DNA of 64,000 nucleotides, from the NCBI GenBank assembly GCA_046047855.1, contig JBJOHF010000078.1, positions 1,723 through 65,722 of the forward strand. Reading direction: 5' to 3'. The translations under genes were made by a program, and so were the position numbers. The number at the start of each line of letters is the position of its first letter. The first letter of the stretch is position 1. The notes under the pieces are model-generated. The model was given only the letters and a program-made list of their open reading frames with translations. It was not told where the DNA came from and did no database searches. Source of the DNA: Pseudomonadota bacterium (GTDB lineage Bacteria; Pseudomonadota; Gammaproteobacteria; Burkholderiales; Burkholderiaceae_A). Shown here one piece after another: positions 32,702 to 44,338 of this stretch.

Positions 32702-33776
32702 CCTCACCGATCGCTGACAGAAGCTCGGCCTGGTGCTCAGCCATCAAGGACTGGGTGAGCTCCTGGAGATCCCCGTCCATGATCTGATCGATCTTATAGA
32801 GCGTGAGGTTGATGCGATGGTCTGTGATGCGCCCCTGGGGAAAGTTGTAGGTGCGGATGCGCTCAGACCGGTCACCCGACCCAATCATCAGCTTGCGTGC
32901 CGAGGCTTCCTTTTGTTGCTGGGCCATGACTTCGCGATCGCGAACGCGCGCTGCCAGCACCTTCAGGGCCTTATCCTTGTTCTTGTGTTGACTGCGATCA
33001 TCCTGGCACTCCGCCACGATCCCGGTTGGCAGGTGCGTGATGCGTACGGCGGACTCTGTCTTGTTGACGTGCTGCCCACCCGCTCCCGAGGCACGGAATA
33101 CATCGACCCGCAGGTCCTCTGGGTTGAGTTGTACATCACCGATCTCGTCAGCCTCGGGCAGCACAGCCACCGTGCAGGCCGACGTGTGAATGCGCCCTTG
33201 GGCCTCAGTCGCGGGAACCCGTTGAACGCGATGCCCGCCGGATTCAAATTTCAGCCGTGAATACACCTGGTCGCCTGCGAGTCGCACCACAACCTCTCGG
33301 TATCCGCCAAGGTCACTCTCGTGGGCTGAGAGCAGCTCCGACTGCCAACGATTTCGCTCTGCATATCGCAGGTACATCCGCAGCAAATCACCTGCAAACA
33401 GCGCAGACTCATCGCCGCCGGTGCCGGCCCGAATCTCAAGGATGACATTGCGCTCGTCCATGGGGTCTTTGGGCAGCAACAAGACCTGGAGCGCATCTTC
33501 TTGGGTCTCAAGCAGAGATTTGAGACGCCCGATTTCTTCTTGGGCAAACTCCTTGAGATCGGGGTCTGAAAGCCAGGACTCGGCGGATTCAAGGTCACGC
33601 GTAGCGGCTTGGTGTTCGACGAACGCATCGACAACGGGGGTGAGGTCTGATCGCTCTTTGCTCAGTCGTCGAAAGTCGTCCATGCGCTGCGCAATCGTGG
33701 GGTCGGAGAGCTCAGATTCAACGGTCGCAAAACGCGCCTGAATCTGCTGCAATTTAGTCAGCAGGCTGGGCTTCAT
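32694..33776 (-). CDS. prfA: Peptide chain release factor 1
   Basis: RVPATE (PxT), [17 protein letters not shown]. Confidence 0.98.
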   Translation of the reverse strand: MKPSLLTKLQQIQARFATVESELSDPTIAQRMDDFRRLSKERSDLTPVVDAFVEHQAATRDLESAESWLSDPDLKEFAQEEIGRLKSLLETQEDALQVLLLPKDPMDERNVILEIRAGTGGDESALFAGDLLRMYLRYAERNRWQSELLSAHESDLGGYREVVVRLAGDQVYSRLKFESGGHRVQRVPATEAQGRIHTSACTVAVLPEADEIGDVQLNPEDLRVDVFRASGAGGQHVNKTESAVRITHLPTGIVAECQDDRSQHKNKDKALKVLAARVRDREVMAQQQKEASARKLMIGSGDRSERIRTYNFPQGRITDHRINLTLYKIDQIMDGDLQELTQSLMAEHQAELLSAIGEDG

Positions 33777-33785
33777 AACAGCTTT

Positions 33786-35057
33786 CTAAAGGGAATCTTG
33801 GAGGCGAAACAGGCGACGGGCGAGGTCCGCTGTATCGTCGCGGGTCTGTGCATCAGGGCTTGAGAGTCCTGCATAGAGACCATGGCTCATCTTCTGCGTG
33901 AGTCCGTGCGCTAAGCCTCTGAGCACCTCTTCTACGGGCTCCCCTTTGGCGAGCCGGCGCTGCGCGGCGAGGAGTTCTTGACCCTGCAGCCCGCTGAGGT
34001 GTTGATTCAGTGCTTGAATAAGTGGGACCTGTGCGCGGGCCGATTTCCAATTGAGGAAGGTCTTGACGCCGTGATCGATGATGGCCTCTGCGTGCTCCAG
34101 CGCATCTTCTCGTGCTTTGACGCCCTCTTGCACCCGAGAGCCGAGGTCATCCACCGTATATAGAAAGGCATCGGAGAGGCCGCCTACTTCCGCTTCAATA
34201 TCCCGCGGCACAGCCAAATCAACAAGGAAGATGGGCCGGTGGCGGCGTTTTTTGAGGGCTGTCTCGATCATGCCGAGGCCGAGGATGGGAAGGCTGCTCG
34301 CTGTGCAGCTCACCACCACATCGAATTGGTGCAGATGCTCCGGGAGTTCGGTCAGCGCGAGTGCTCGTCCGCCGTATTGGTTCGCCAGAACCTCGCCTCG
34401 GGCAACCGTGCGATTGGCAATGGCGAGGGCTTCGGGCTGACGCGCTGCAAAATGCGCCAGACAGAGCTGGATCATTTCCCCGGCGCCAATAAAGAGCATT
34501 TTTGTCTGGCTGAGGTCGCCGAAGATGCGCTCGGCAAGCTTGACGGCTGCGGCCGCCATAGAGACCGAGTGGGCACCGATCTCCGTGCTGGTTCGGACCT
34601 CTTTGGCAACCGAGAATGCGCGTTGAAAGAGATGGTGAAGGTGTGTGCCGAGGCTTCCGGCCTCTTGCGCTTGGCGCGCAGCCTGTTTGAGCTGCCCGAG
34701 GATCTGGGGCTCTCCCAGCACCATGGAATCAAGCCCGCTTGCGACGCGAAAAACATGGCGAACCGTGTCCGCCTCATGGTGCAGGTACAGGTGCGGCCGC
34801 AACGCCTCAGTGGGCACCCGTGAACGTTCTGCGAGCCAGTGCAGCGCATGGCGATTGGCTGATTCGGGCTCTGCGCTCGCGAGATAGAGTTCGGTTCGAT
34901 TGCAGGTTGAGAGCAGCGCCTGCTCGGGGGCAAGGCCTGAGAGATTGGTCCGAAGGTCCATCAGGCTCGAGTGCAGTTGATCTCCGGGGAAGGCGAGCTT
35001 CTCCCTTACGGCCAAGGGGGCCGATTGATGATTGAGACCGAGGGCAAAAAGCTGCAT
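33786..35057 (-). CDS. hemA: Glutamyl-tRNA reductase
   Basis: STCNRTE, SGLDSMVLGEPQILGQ, GAGEM, DLAVPRD. Confidence 0.97.
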   Translation of the reverse strand: MQLFALGLNHQSAPLAVREKLAFPGDQLHSSLMDLRTNLSGLAPEQALLSTCNRTELYLASAEPESANRHALHWLAERSRVPTEALRPHLYLHHEADTVRHVFRVASGLDSMVLGEPQILGQLKQAARQAQEAGSLGTHLHHLFQRAFSVAKEVRTSTEIGAHSVSMAAAAVKLAERIFGDLSQTKMLFIGAGEMIQLCLAHFAARQPEALAIANRTVARGEVLANQYGGRALALTELPEHLHQFDVVVSCTASSLPILGLGMIETALKKRRHRPIFLVDLAVPRDIEAEVGGLSDAFLYTVDDLGSRVQEGVKAREDALEHAEAIIDHGVKTFLNWKSARAQVPLIQALNQHLSGLQGQELLAAQRRLAKGEPVEEVLRGLAHGLTQKMSHGLYAGLSSPDAQTRDDTADLARRLFRLQDSL

Positions 35058-35097
35058 AAGGGCTTGATTCTACGAGAAGCCAAGCCGCTCAGGGGAG

Positions 35098-35754
35098 TCA
35101 ACAGCTGGTCTCAAGCCGGTAGCCCTGGCCGTAGATGGAGACCAGTCGATAGCGGCTCTCTCCGAAGAGCCCCAGTTTTTGTCGGATACGTGACACATAA
35201 GTGTCAACTCTACGTGACGTAATTCTCTCGTCAAGATGCCAGACGGACCATAAGAGCTGTGATCGGCTGACAATCTCGTTGCAGTGAGAGAAGAGCACGA
35301 GCGCACAGCGGCGCTCTCTTTCGGTGAGTTGATCGGGGTTCAGGTCTTCTGGAATACCAGAGTCAATATTGGAAGTTTGTACACACTCTCTGCTAAAGAT
35401 CCTTTTTAAGCGGCATTTAAGTTCCAGGAGCCGGCAGGGTTTCAAAAGGAAGTCTGCCAAACCAGCGTCGAAACTGGCCTCCACGATGCGGTCGTCCATG
35501 CGTCCGGTCAGCGCAATCGTCTTACCGCGGACCTCTGGCGATAATTTTTGGATCAGTTCTGCGGTTTGCAGATCGGGTAGATGAAGGTCAAGCACGATCG
35601 CATCGAAGTCGATGCGTCGGCTCGCGGCAAAAAAGGCCTGCGCCCGCGTGTAGGCCTGGGTCCTCCAGCCCAAGTGTTCAAGAAGCGTACAGAGATGCTC
35701 CGAGAGCCGCGCGTCATCCTCAACAACAGCAATAAGGGGGGTAGTCAGTGTCAT
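35098..35754 (-). CDS. OmpR-family response regulator (orphan)
   Basis: VEDD, LDLHLPD, KP receiver residues; wHTH VDTYVSRIRQKL...GQGY. Confidence 0.88.
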   Translation of the reverse strand: MTLTTPLIAVVEDDARLSEHLCTLLEHLGWRTQAYTRAQAFFAASRRIDFDAIVLDLHLPDLQTAELIQKLSPEVRGKTIALTGRMDDRIVEASFDAGLADFLLKPCRLLELKCRLKRIFSRECVQTSNIDSGIPEDLNPDQLTERERRCALVLFSHCNEIVSRSQLLWSVWHLDERITSRRVDTYVSRIRQKLGLFGESRYRLVSIYGQGYRLETSC

Positions 35755-35818
35755 GTCGCTTAGGCTAGCGAGAGGGCACAGGGCTTGGGAGTCAGAAAAG
35801 TCGACGCCCGATTGGCCG

Positions 35819-37345
35819 CTAGTTCAGGAATAGCTGATAGGCCGGGTGCTGGGTCTCTTCCCAGTGGGGGTAGCCCAGACCAATGAGAAAGGCATCGAAG
35901 GATGCTGCATCCTCCCCAGGCACTTGCAAACCGACCAAGATATTGCCCGTATCAGAGCCATGGTTTCGATAATGAAAAAGTGAAATATTCCAACTCGGGT
36001 TCATGGCGGAGAGGAACCGAAGCAGCGCACCTGGGCGCTCAGGAAACTCAAACCGAAACAGGCGCTCATCTTTGGCCAGGGGGGATCGGCCACCAACCAT
36101 GTGTCGAATGTGATTCTTCGCAGTTTCATCAGCAGACAGATCGAGGGTTGCGAAGCCCTCTCCCACAAGACGCTTTGCAATAGACTGGGCCTCCGCACGG
36201 TCTTTGACCTGAAGCCCGAGGAAGAGGTGGGCCTGATGGGCGTCTGCGATTCGGTAATTGAATTCTGTGACGCTGTGGCTGCCAAGCAGCCCACAGAACC
36301 GCTTAAAACTTCCCCGCTCCTCTGGGATGGTGACCGCGAAGATTGCCTCACGCTGCTCGCCGATCTCGCTGCGTTCGCTCACGAATCGCAGGCGGTCAAA
36401 GTTCATGTTGGCACCACAGGCAATGGCCACCAGTGTTTTGGGGGTGCCATCCGCGCGCAGGCTGCCGTGGGTCTCGACATAGGCCTTCAGGCCCGCGAGG
36501 GCGAGCGCGCCGGCAGGCTCCTCGATGGCCCTCGTATCCTGATAAATATCCTTGATGGCTGCACAGACCGCATCGGTATCCACTCGGATCATCCGATCCA
36601 CCACCTTCTGGGCGATTCGGAAGGTTTCTTCGCCGACCTGCTTGACGGCTGTGCCGTCCGAGAACAGGCCAACATCGTGAAGCTGCACACGCTCGCCCTG
36701 CTCAAGCGATTGAGCCATCGCGTCGGAGTCCTCGGTCTGCACGCCGATGATCAGGGTCTCTGGCCGTAGTTCTTTGACCAGGGCGCCAACCCCAGCAATC
36801 AGACCACCCCCACCCACGGCAATAAATATCGCGTCAATTGGGTCGGCATGCTGCCGGAGGATTTCCATGCCGATGGTGCCCTGGCCAGCAATCACATCGG
36901 GGTCATCAAAAGGGTGCACGAAGGTCAGCCCCTGGGCGCTCTGCAGCGACAGCGCATGCGCATAGGCGTCAGAATAGGAATCTCCGGCCAATACCACCTC
37001 TGCGCCGCGGGCCCGCACGGCGTCAATCTTGACCGAGGGCGTTGTTATCGGCATGACAATGACGGCTCGGCATCCGAGTGCCTTGGCAGATAGCGCCACG
37101 CCTTGAGCGTGATTCCCTGCAGAGGCAGCGATCACCCCCTTCTGCAGCTGCTCCGTGGTCAGATGCGCCATCTTGTTGTAAGCCCCGCGCACCTTGAAGG
37201 AGAAGACAGGCTGGGTATCTTCGCGCTTGAGCAGCACCTCGCAGCCGAGGCGCTGGCTGAGCCCGGGCGCTCTCTCCAGGGGCGTCTCATGCGCCACCTC
37301 GTACACCCGAGCGCCGAGAATGCGTCGCAGATAGTCGGTCGTCAT
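35819..37345 (-). CDS. ilvA: Biosynthetic threonine dehydratase
   Basis: FSFKVRGA, SAGNHAQG, C-terminal ACT-like FPERPGAL. Confidence 0.97.
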   Translation of the reverse strand: MTTDYLRRILGARVYEVAHETPLERAPGLSQRLGCEVLLKREDTQPVFSFKVRGAYNKMAHLTTEQLQKGVIAASAGNHAQGVALSAKALGCRAVIVMPITTPSVKIDAVRARGAEVVLAGDSYSDAYAHALSLQSAQGLTFVHPFDDPDVIAGQGTIGMEILRQHADPIDAIFIAVGGGGLIAGVGALVKELRPETLIIGVQTEDSDAMAQSLEQGERVQLHDVGLFSDGTAVKQVGEETFRIAQKVVDRMIRVDTDAVCAAIKDIYQDTRAIEEPAGALALAGLKAYVETHGSLRADGTPKTLVAIACGANMNFDRLRFVSERSEIGEQREAIFAVTIPEERGSFKRFCGLLGSHSVTEFNYRIADAHQAHLFLGLQVKDRAEAQSIAKRLVGEGFATLDLSADETAKNHIRHMVGGRSPLAKDERLFRFEFPERPGALLRFLSAMNPSWNISLFHYRNHGSDTGNILVGLQVPGEDAASFDAFLIGLGYPHWEETQHPAYQLFLN

Positions 37346-37447
37346 GGAATGCGAGTGTACTGGGGAAGAGGCTTGTAGGGGCTTCACGGGTGATGGAGCG
37401 TTAAAATCCTATGCCACTCCTCCTCTGGTCATAACGGCTACTCAATC

Positions 37448-40400
37448 ATGAATGCTCCTCTGACGCCCGCCCTTGCCGTGCAGCTTCAAGCAGCGCCGGA
37501 ACCTCGCGCAGAGCGTCTGCGGGAGATTCCCTACAACTACACCTCATTCTCCGACCAGGAAATCATCCGTCGGGTCCTGGGGCAGGAGGGCTGGGATTTG
37601 GTCGATGAGCTGCGCCGCGAGCGTAAGACCGGCCGATCTGCAAAGATGCTCTATGAGGTCTTGGGCGACATCTGGGCTGTTCAACGCAACCCCTATCTGC
37701 AGGACGATCTGCTCTCCAGTCCCAAGCGTCGCCGTGCACTGATTGATGCGCTTCATCATCGACTTCAGGATATCGATCGCCGCCGAGAGCGAAGGTCGGA
37801 AGACCCCATGGTGGCTCAGCGTGACACGAAAGTACAGGCGCTATTAGCGCTCGCGAAGACTGCCGTCATGCGATTTGGTGCGGCTTTTGAAGAGATGCAG
37901 GCCCTGCGGCGCCAGATTCGAAAGCGCCTCGCCCGGCTCACCGACCCCGACAACATCAAGTTCGACGGGCTCTCCCGCGTCTCACATGTCACAGACGCAA
38001 CAGACTGGCGGGTCGAGCTTCCACTCGTGGTGTTAACCCCAGACTCCGAAGTCGAGATCGCCGGCCTCGTGAGGGCATGTATTGAGCTTGGCCTCACCAT
38101 CATTCCCCGGGGCGGTGGCACCGGTTACACCGGTGGGGCCGTGCCACTCACTGCAAAATCGGTGGTTATCAATACCGAGAAGCTCGATCACCTGGGTAGT
38201 GTCCAGCGTCGCCCCCTTCCTGGACGTGAGGAGCCGGTCGCAACCGTCTACGCCGGTGCAGGCGTAGTCACCCGCAGGGTCTCAGACGCCGCTGATCGCA
38301 GCGGTCTTGTCTTTGCAGTCGATCCAACCTCTGCTGATGCCTCATGCGTCGGCGGCAATATCGCCATGAATGCCGGCGGAAAGAAGGCCGTGCTTTGGGG
38401 TACGGCGATTGACAATCTGGCCTCCTGGCGCATGGTTGACCCACAGGGGGACTGGCTCGAGGTCACTCGCATCGCGCACAACATGGGCAAGATTCACGAT
38501 CTCGACTGGGTCGAGTTTGAGGTGACCCGCTACGCTCCTCATCAACTGGTTGAAGAGGGGCCGGAGGCACACTTCCGAGGCGATCCGCTCGAGCGCAGGC
38601 AATTGCGACTCGAGGGCCGACAATTCCGCCGTCTTGGACTTGGCAAAGACGTGACTGATAAGGTGCTCGGCGGTCTTCCCGGCATTCAAAAAGAGGGCTG
38701 TGATGGGCTCATCACCAGCTGTCATTGGGTGCTGCACCGCATGCCGCAGTTTGTTCGGACGGTCTGTCTGGAGTTTTTTGGCAATGCCCAGGAAGCCGTT
38801 CCATCTATTGTCGAAATCAAGGACTACCTCGATACCCAGCCCGGTGGCACCCTGCTTGCCGGACTCGAGCACCTCGATGAGCGTTATCTCCGTGCAGTGG
38901 GCTATTCCACCAAGAGCAAGCGGGGCGTCATGCCCAAAATGGTGCTCATCGGGGACTTGGTTGGCGACGACGACCATGCGGTAGCGCGGGCCTCCTCGGA
39001 GGTGATTCGTCTGGCCAATGGCCGCTCCGGGGAAGGTTTCATTGCCGTATCTCCCGAGGCGCGCAAGGCCTTCTGGGCCGATCGCGCACGAACAGCCGCT
39101 ATTGCCCGACACACCAATGCGTTTAAGATCAACGAGGACGTTGTTATCCCGCTGCCACGCATGGGCGAGTACACCAATGCGATTGAGCGCATCAACATCG
39201 AGCTGTCCATTTCGAACAAACTCAAACTCACCCGCGCGCTTCGACAAACGCTCAATGACATCGCATTCCCAGACGACGAGGATGCAAGCGAAGATCGGCA
39301 AGCGGAGCTTGCTCGGCGGGTTGGTGAGGCCACTGCGCTCCTCAAGCAGGTGGAGTCTCGTTGGGCCTACTTGCTGGCGCATCTCGATCGCACCCTCACC
39401 GAGGCGCATAGCGACTTGGTTGCCCTGGGTGTAGAGGGGGTTCCCTCAGCGGGCCGTCTCCAAGACACCCTAGGCTCACTCCTGCAAGACCACACGATTC
39501 GGGTGAGCTGGAAGCGAGAACTCCTCTCTGGCTTCCAACAAATCTTTCCGGGGCAGGCTTATGCGTCAATCGTCGAGCGTTTGCGGGCGACGCATCAGAA
39601 GGTGTTGCGCTCTCGCGTATTTGTGGCGCTTCACATGCACGCGGGCGATGGGAATGTGCATACCAACCTGCCAGTGAACTCCGACGACTATGAGATGCTT
39701 ACCGAGGCCCACCAGGCCGTTGCTCGCATCATGCAGATTGCGAAAGATCTCGACGGTGTGATCTCAGGTGAGCACGGCATTGGTATCACCAAACTCGAGT
39801 TTCTCTCCCCCGAGGAGCGAAAGGCCTTTGCTGATTACAAGCAACAGGTAGACCCTGAGGGCCGCTTCAATGCAGGCAAGCTGCTTGAGGGTGGAGACCT
39901 TCGAAATGCCTATACCCCCTCCTTTGGGCTGATGGGTGCTGAGAGCCTCATTCTTCAGCAGAGTGACATCCGATCGATTGCGGATTCATTCGCAAACTGC
40001 CTTCGTTGCGGAAAGTGTAAGCCGGTCTGCGCGACGCATTCTCCGCGCGCAAATCTCCTGTATTCGCCGCGCAATAAAATTCTGGCGACCTCGCTGCTCA
40101 TTGAGGCCTTCCTATACGAAGAGCAGACTCGCCGCGGCGTAAGCATTGCGCACTGGGAGGAGTTCTCGGACGTTGCAGATCACTGCACGGTCTGCCACAA
40201 ATGCGCCAGTCCCTGCCCCGTCGATATCGATTTTGGCGAAGTCTCCATGAATATGCGAGACCTCCTGCGCCGTATGGGTAAGAAGCGGTTTAATCCGGGT
40301 ACGGCAGCGTCGATGTTCTTCTTGAACGCAAGCCAGCCCGAGACCATCGCTTTTGCTCGGAAGGTCATGATCGAGTGGGGATACAAAGCCCAGCGGTTAG

Positions 40401-41410
40401 CCCATGGGTTTTTCAAGTCTTTTGCCAAACAGCAGACGCGTAAGCCTCCAGCCACGCTTGGACGCGCCCCCATCCAGGCCCAGGTCATTCACTTCGTCAA
40501 CAAACGCATGCCGGGAAATCTCCCGAAGAAGACTGCGAGAGCGTTGCTTGATATCGAGGACGCGCGTTACGTTCCCATCATTCGGAATCCTCAGGCCACC
40601 TCCGCAGACGCAGAGGCCGTGTTCTATTTCCCTGGGTGTGGATCCGAGCGCCTCTTCTCCCAGGTGGGGCTCGCCACGCAGGCCATGCTCTGGCAGGCCA
40701 ACGTGCAGACGGTACTGCCGCCGGGCTACTTATGTTGCGGCTATCCGCAGCGTGGGTCTGGTCAGTTCGACAAGGCTGACAAGATCATCACCGACAACCG
40801 AGTCCTCTTTCATCGCGTGGCTAACACCCTCAACTACCTGGACATCAAGACGGTCGTGGTCTCATGCGGAACCTGCTACGACCAGCTCGCTGGGTACGAA
40901 TTCGAGAAGATCTTTCCAGGCTGTCGCATCTTGGACATCCACGAGTTTCTCCTTGAGAAAGGGCTTCGCCTAGAAGGTGTCACGGGTGTGCGGTACATGT
41001 ACCACGATCCCTGTCACAGCCCCATGAAGCAGCACAATCCCATGAAGGTCGTGAATGCCCTCGTCAACAGTGACCTTAACGGCACAGTTGAGAAGAACGA
41101 TCGTTGCTGTGGCGAATCGGGCACGTTGGCTATTGCGAGGCCAGACATCTCCACACAGGTGCGGTTTCGCAAGGAAGCCGAAATGCGCAAAGGGGCCGAC
41201 ACCGCTCGGGGAGATGATCCGAATCAGGAAGTGAAGATTCTCACCTCCTGCCCAAGCTGCTTGCAGGGACTAAGCCGCTATAGTGATGACACGGGTGTGG
41301 ACGCCGATTACATCGTGGTCGAGATGGCCCGCCATCTCCTGGGTCCCAGCTGGATGGAGGACTATGTGGCGAAGGCAAACCAAGGAGGCATCGAGCGCGT
41401 CTTGGTATAG
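37448..41410 (+). CDS. Large FAD-linked/4Fe-4S oxidoreductase (DUF3683-type, GlcD/GlcF-like fusion)
   Basis: [40 protein letters not shown] / CTVCHKC, CCG domains. Confidence 0.9.
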   Translation: MNAPLTPALAVQLQAAPEPRAERLREIPYNYTSFSDQEIIRRVLGQEGWDLVDELRRERKTGRSAKMLYEVLGDIWAVQRNPYLQDDLLSSPKRRRALIDALHHRLQDIDRRRERRSEDPMVAQRDTKVQALLALAKTAVMRFGAAFEEMQALRRQIRKRLARLTDPDNIKFDGLSRVSHVTDATDWRVELPLVVLTPDSEVEIAGLVRACIELGLTIIPRGGGTGYTGGAVPLTAKSVVINTEKLDHLGSVQRRPLPGREEPVATVYAGAGVVTRRVSDAADRSGLVFAVDPTSADASCVGGNIAMNAGGKKAVLWGTAIDNLASWRMVDPQGDWLEVTRIAHNMGKIHDLDWVEFEVTRYAPHQLVEEGPEAHFRGDPLERRQLRLEGRQFRRLGLGKDVTDKVLGGLPGIQKEGCDGLITSCHWVLHRMPQFVRTVCLEFFGNAQEAVPSIVEIKDYLDTQPGGTLLAGLEHLDERYLRAVGYSTKSKRGVMPKMVLIGDLVGDDDHAVARASSEVIRLANGRSGEGFIAVSPEARKAFWADRARTAAIARHTNAFKINEDVVIPLPRMGEYTNAIERINIELSISNKLKLTRALRQTLNDIAFPDDEDASEDRQAELARRVGEATALLKQVESRWAYLLAHLDRTLTEAHSDLVALGVEGVPSAGRLQDTLGSLLQDHTIRVSWKRELLSGFQQIFPGQAYASIVERLRATHQKVLRSRVFVALHMHAGDGNVHTNLPVNSDDYEMLTEAHQAVARIMQIAKDLDGVISGEHGIGITKLEFLSPEERKAFADYKQQVDPEGRFNAGKLLEGGDLRNAYTPSFGLMGAESLILQQSDIRSIADSFANCLRCGKCKPVCATHSPRANLLYSPRNKILATSLLIEAFLYEEQTRRGVSIAHWEEFSDVADHCTVCHKCASPCPVDIDFGEVSMNMRDLLRRMGKKRFNPGTAASMFFLNASQPETIAFARKVMIEWGYKAQRLAHGFFKSFAKQQTRKPPATLGRAPIQAQVIHFVNKRMPGNLPKKTARALLDIEDARYVPIIRNPQATSADAEAVFYFPGCGSERLFSQVGLATQAMLWQANVQTVLPPGYLCCGYPQRGSGQFDKADKIITDNRVLFHRVANTLNYLDIKTVVVSCGTCYDQLAGYEFEKIFPGCRILDIHEFLLEKGLRLEGVTGVRYMYHDPCHSPMKQHNPMKVVNALVNSDLNGTVEKNDRCCGESGTLAIARPDISTQVRFRKEAEMRKGADTARGDDPNQEVKILTSCPSCLQGLSRYSDDTGVDADYIVVEMARHLLGPSWMEDYVAKANQGGIERVLV

Positions 41411-41417
41411 CGAGCCC

Positions 41418-42737
41418 TCAGGCTGCGCTTGTTTGTGGTTCGCGCAGCAGTCTCTGAGTGGGAAATACCAAGGCGAATCGGCTGCCTTCACCGAGTGCGC
41501 TCTCAATTCGCAAATGGGCGTTGTGGCGCGATGCGATGTGTTTGACGATCGCAAGTCCAAGGCCGGTCCCTCCCGTTGATCGTGAGCGGCCCTTGTCGAC
41601 CCGATAGAAGCGCTCGGTGAGCCGTCCAATATGTTCTGGCTCAATGCCCGGGCCGGTATCGCGCACCTCGAAAACACCCTGCCCCTCTTCGTTGCGCCGC
41701 CAGCTCAGCGTAATCGTGCCGTGCGCTGGGGTGTAGCGAATTGCGTTGCTCACCAGGTTGCCAAACGCACTGGCCAACTCTTGTTCGTCGCCGATGAGCA
41801 GGTCAGGGCTCAGAGGCTGGGCGAGTGCGATCTGATGTTTTCCGCGGCTGAGATGATCTGCATCCTGGGCAAGCTGCTCGAGCGCCTTGCGCATGTCCAG
41901 ATGATCTTCCCCGGGTGGCGTCTTGTCCGACTCAATCCGCGATAAGACCAGCAGATCTTCAATGAGCCGCTGCATGCGCTGGGCCTGAGTGCGAATGGTC
42001 TCGAGAATATCCGCGCGCTGATTCTTGTCCAGGGGGAGCTCCTGCAGCGTCTCTACAAATCCTGAAATGACGGTGAGCGGTGTCTTGAGCTCATGGGAGA
42101 CATTCGCGACGAAGTCTCTCCTGGTCGTCTCAAGTTTGAGCACCTCAGTGACATCGCGGGTGAGCAGGAGCTGTTCGCGCTCGCCGTAAGGGATGAGCTG
42201 CACCTGAAGGCTACGGCCGTCTCCTGGCACGCCGGTGAGTGTGACGGGCTCAGACCATTGACCTTGTTCCAGGTACTCGCTGAAGTCTGGGTGCCGCAGG
42301 AGGTTCAGAATGTTGCGGCCATAGTCATCTGGTACCCGGAGGTTCAGATGCAATGCGGCGCGCCTTGATGCGTAGGTGATTTGATGATGGTCATCCAGGG
42401 AGACCACACCATCAGGCATGGCCTCGGTCGCACTGCGAAACGAGCTCAGCATGAGCTTGAGTTGGGCCTGTTGACGCTCGTAAGACCGCGCCAACCTGAA
42501 CACGGCCGAGAACAGAACATCCCAGGTACCGAGGCCCGTCGGCGTTTTATTGAGCTTAAAGTCCTCAAGCCATCGCGTCATTTTCCGCAAGTGCCAGAGC
42601 TGGAAGCAGATCCAAATGACCAGCGAGCTGAAGGCGACGGTGAAGGCAGCGCGTCCTCCCGCAACCAAATCGGCCAGCAACGAGGCCAGCAAAATCAAAG
42701 TTACAGTGACGAGGACACGAACCCAGAGACCGGTCAT
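41418..42737 (-). CDS. phoR: Phosphate regulon sensor kinase
   Basis: FVANVSHELKTPLT, NLVSNAIRY, ERFYRVDK.RSR..GGTGLGL. Confidence 0.95.
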   Translation of the reverse strand: MTGLWVRVLVTVTLILLASLLADLVAGGRAAFTVAFSSLVIWICFQLWHLRKMTRWLEDFKLNKTPTGLGTWDVLFSAVFRLARSYERQQAQLKLMLSSFRSATEAMPDGVVSLDDHHQITYASRRAALHLNLRVPDDYGRNILNLLRHPDFSEYLEQGQWSEPVTLTGVPGDGRSLQVQLIPYGEREQLLLTRDVTEVLKLETTRRDFVANVSHELKTPLTVISGFVETLQELPLDKNQRADILETIRTQAQRMQRLIEDLLVLSRIESDKTPPGEDHLDMRKALEQLAQDADHLSRGKHQIALAQPLSPDLLIGDEQELASAFGNLVSNAIRYTPAHGTITLSWRRNEEGQGVFEVRDTGPGIEPEHIGRLTERFYRVDKGRSRSTGGTGLGLAIVKHIASRHNAHLRIESALGEGSRFALVFPTQRLLREPQTSAA

Positions 42738-42770
42738 GCCGGCATTATCTTCGGAAAAGCCTGAAACCCG

Positions 42771-43475
42771 TTAGGCTGCCGCTGCGGCTGGGCTTGCAGT
42801 AAATCGATACCCGCTGCCGCGCACCGTCTCGACATGGCGCTCATGCCCTGTTGGGGTAAGTGCTTGACGCAGGCGACGAATATGAACGTCAACCGTTCGC
42901 TCCTCGACAAACACGTGGTCACCCCAGACATGATCAAGGAGTTGGCTACGGCTGTGGACGCGCTCTGGGTGGGTCATGAAAAAGTGCAGCAGGCGGAATT
43001 CCGTTGGACCCAAGTCAAGGGGCATGCCCCCGCCTGAGACGCGGTGGGTCAATGGGTCGAGCTTCAGGCCACAGATGTCGACTGCGTCGTCCGTCAGTTG
43101 GGGGGCGCGACGGCGCATGACGGCCTTGATTCGGGCGAGCAATTCCTTCGGGGAGAAGGGCTTGGTCATGTAGTCATCGGCACCGCTTTCGAGACCCTCG
43201 ACCTTATCGCCCTCTTCAGATCGGGCTGTCAACATGATGATCGGCACGTCGCGTGTGCGCTCATCTGCACGCAGCTTCTTGGCGTATTGCACGCCGCTTG
43301 CTCCCGGAAGCATCCAGTCCAATAGAATAAGGTCTGGGAGCTCTGCCCGAATCAGCGTGTCCGCCTGAATGGAGTCTGCGGCCCGAAGGACCTTATGCCC
43401 AGCAAAGCTGAGGTTGACTGCGACCAGCTCGGCAATTGCGGGTTCGTCTTCTACGACAAGGATGGTGCTCGACAT
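42771..43475 (-). CDS. phoB: Phosphate regulon response regulator
   Basis: [28 protein letters not shown]. Confidence 0.97.
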   Translation of the reverse strand: MSSTILVVEDEPAIAELVAVNLSFAGHKVLRAADSIQADTLIRAELPDLILLDWMLPGASGVQYAKKLRADERTRDVPIIMLTARSEEGDKVEGLESGADDYMTKPFSPKELLARIKAVMRRRAPQLTDDAVDICGLKLDPLTHRVSGGGMPLDLGPTEFRLLHFFMTHPERVHSRSQLLDHVWGDHVFVEERTVDVHIRRLRQALTPTGHERHVETVRGSGYRFTASPAAAAA

Positions 43476-43482
43476 GATGGCG

Positions 43483-43516
43483 AATTTATTCCCGAAATAT
43501 TGCGCCTATATGACAG
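43483..43516 (-). promoter_or_regulatory. Pho box (CTGTCAT-ATAG-GCGCAAT) plus -10 TAAATT of phoB
   Basis: One consensus CTGTCAT half-site and a degenerate second half; box ends 10 nt upstream of the -10, the canonical PhoB geometry. Confidence 0.65.
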
Positions 43517-43567
43517 TTAATGGGAAAAAAGCTGTCTAGACTCGAACCCAATAGGAACCAGTTGCCC

Positions 43568-44314
43568 ATGAACACGACTCATTTCGGATTTAAGACGGTT
43601 CTCGAGCAGGATAAGGCGCGAGAGGTTCGGCGGGTATTCGATCGCGTTGCTGATCGCTATGACCTCATGAACGACCTCATGTCTGCGGGCTTGCACCGAG
43701 CCTGGAAGGCCTGGACGGTTGCCCAAGCCCAGGTCAAACCTGGAGATTGGGTCCTGGATGTTGCCAGCGGGACCGGCGATCTGGCCTTGGCATTCTCGAA
43801 GCGGGTTGGACCCGAGGGCCGCGTGGTCATGGCCGACATCAATGCTCAAATGCTTGAGCGCGGCAGAGATCGCCTGATGAACCTTGGTCGGGCAGTGGAG
43901 GCCGTTGTCTGCGACTGCGAAGCGCTACCCTTCTCGGACAATCAGTTCGATCGCATTACCCTGGCTTTTGGTCTGCGAAACATGACCCACAAGGATCAAG
44001 CCTTGCGCGAACTGCACCGGGTGCTCAAGCCCAATGGCAAGCTCTTGGTTTTGGAGTTCTCAAAAGTGGTAAAGCCGCTCGAGGGTCTCTACGACGCATA
44101 TTCCTTCAAAATTCTGCCGTGGCTCGGTGAGCGCGTGACCGGCGATGCGGATAGCTACCGCTACCTCGCGGAATCGATCCGCATGCATCCCGACCCTGAA
44201 ACGCTTGCAACGCTTATGCGCGACAGCGGCTTTGGGGTGGTGCGTTATTCCACCCACACAGCTGGTGTGGTTGCTCTGCACCAAGCGGTAAAACTTGGGT
44301 CCAATCCGAAATAA
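43568..44314 (+). CDS. ubiE: Ubiquinone/menaquinone C-methyltransferase
   Basis: [34 protein letters not shown]. Confidence 0.97.
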   Translation: MNTTHFGFKTVLEQDKAREVRRVFDRVADRYDLMNDLMSAGLHRAWKAWTVAQAQVKPGDWVLDVASGTGDLALAFSKRVGPEGRVVMADINAQMLERGRDRLMNLGRAVEAVVCDCEALPFSDNQFDRITLAFGLRNMTHKDQALRELHRVLKPNGKLLVLEFSKVVKPLEGLYDAYSFKILPWLGERVTGDADSYRYLAESIRMHPDPETLATLMRDSGFGVVRYSTHTAGVVALHQAVKLGSNPK

Positions 44315-44338
44315 CAGTCCTACTCTAGGAGTTACTCT

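Noticed and set aside
32500-32707. Divergent PrmC N-terminus as a frameshift or pseudogene
   Set aside because: Frame is open and catalytic motifs are intact; the PrmC N-domain is variable
38342-39409. Long antisense ORFs (355 aa here; also 18734-19471, 27070-28278, 36101-36769, 61043-61699)
   Set aside because: They shadow well-conserved genes, have no motifs, and are expected from GC-rich codon bias
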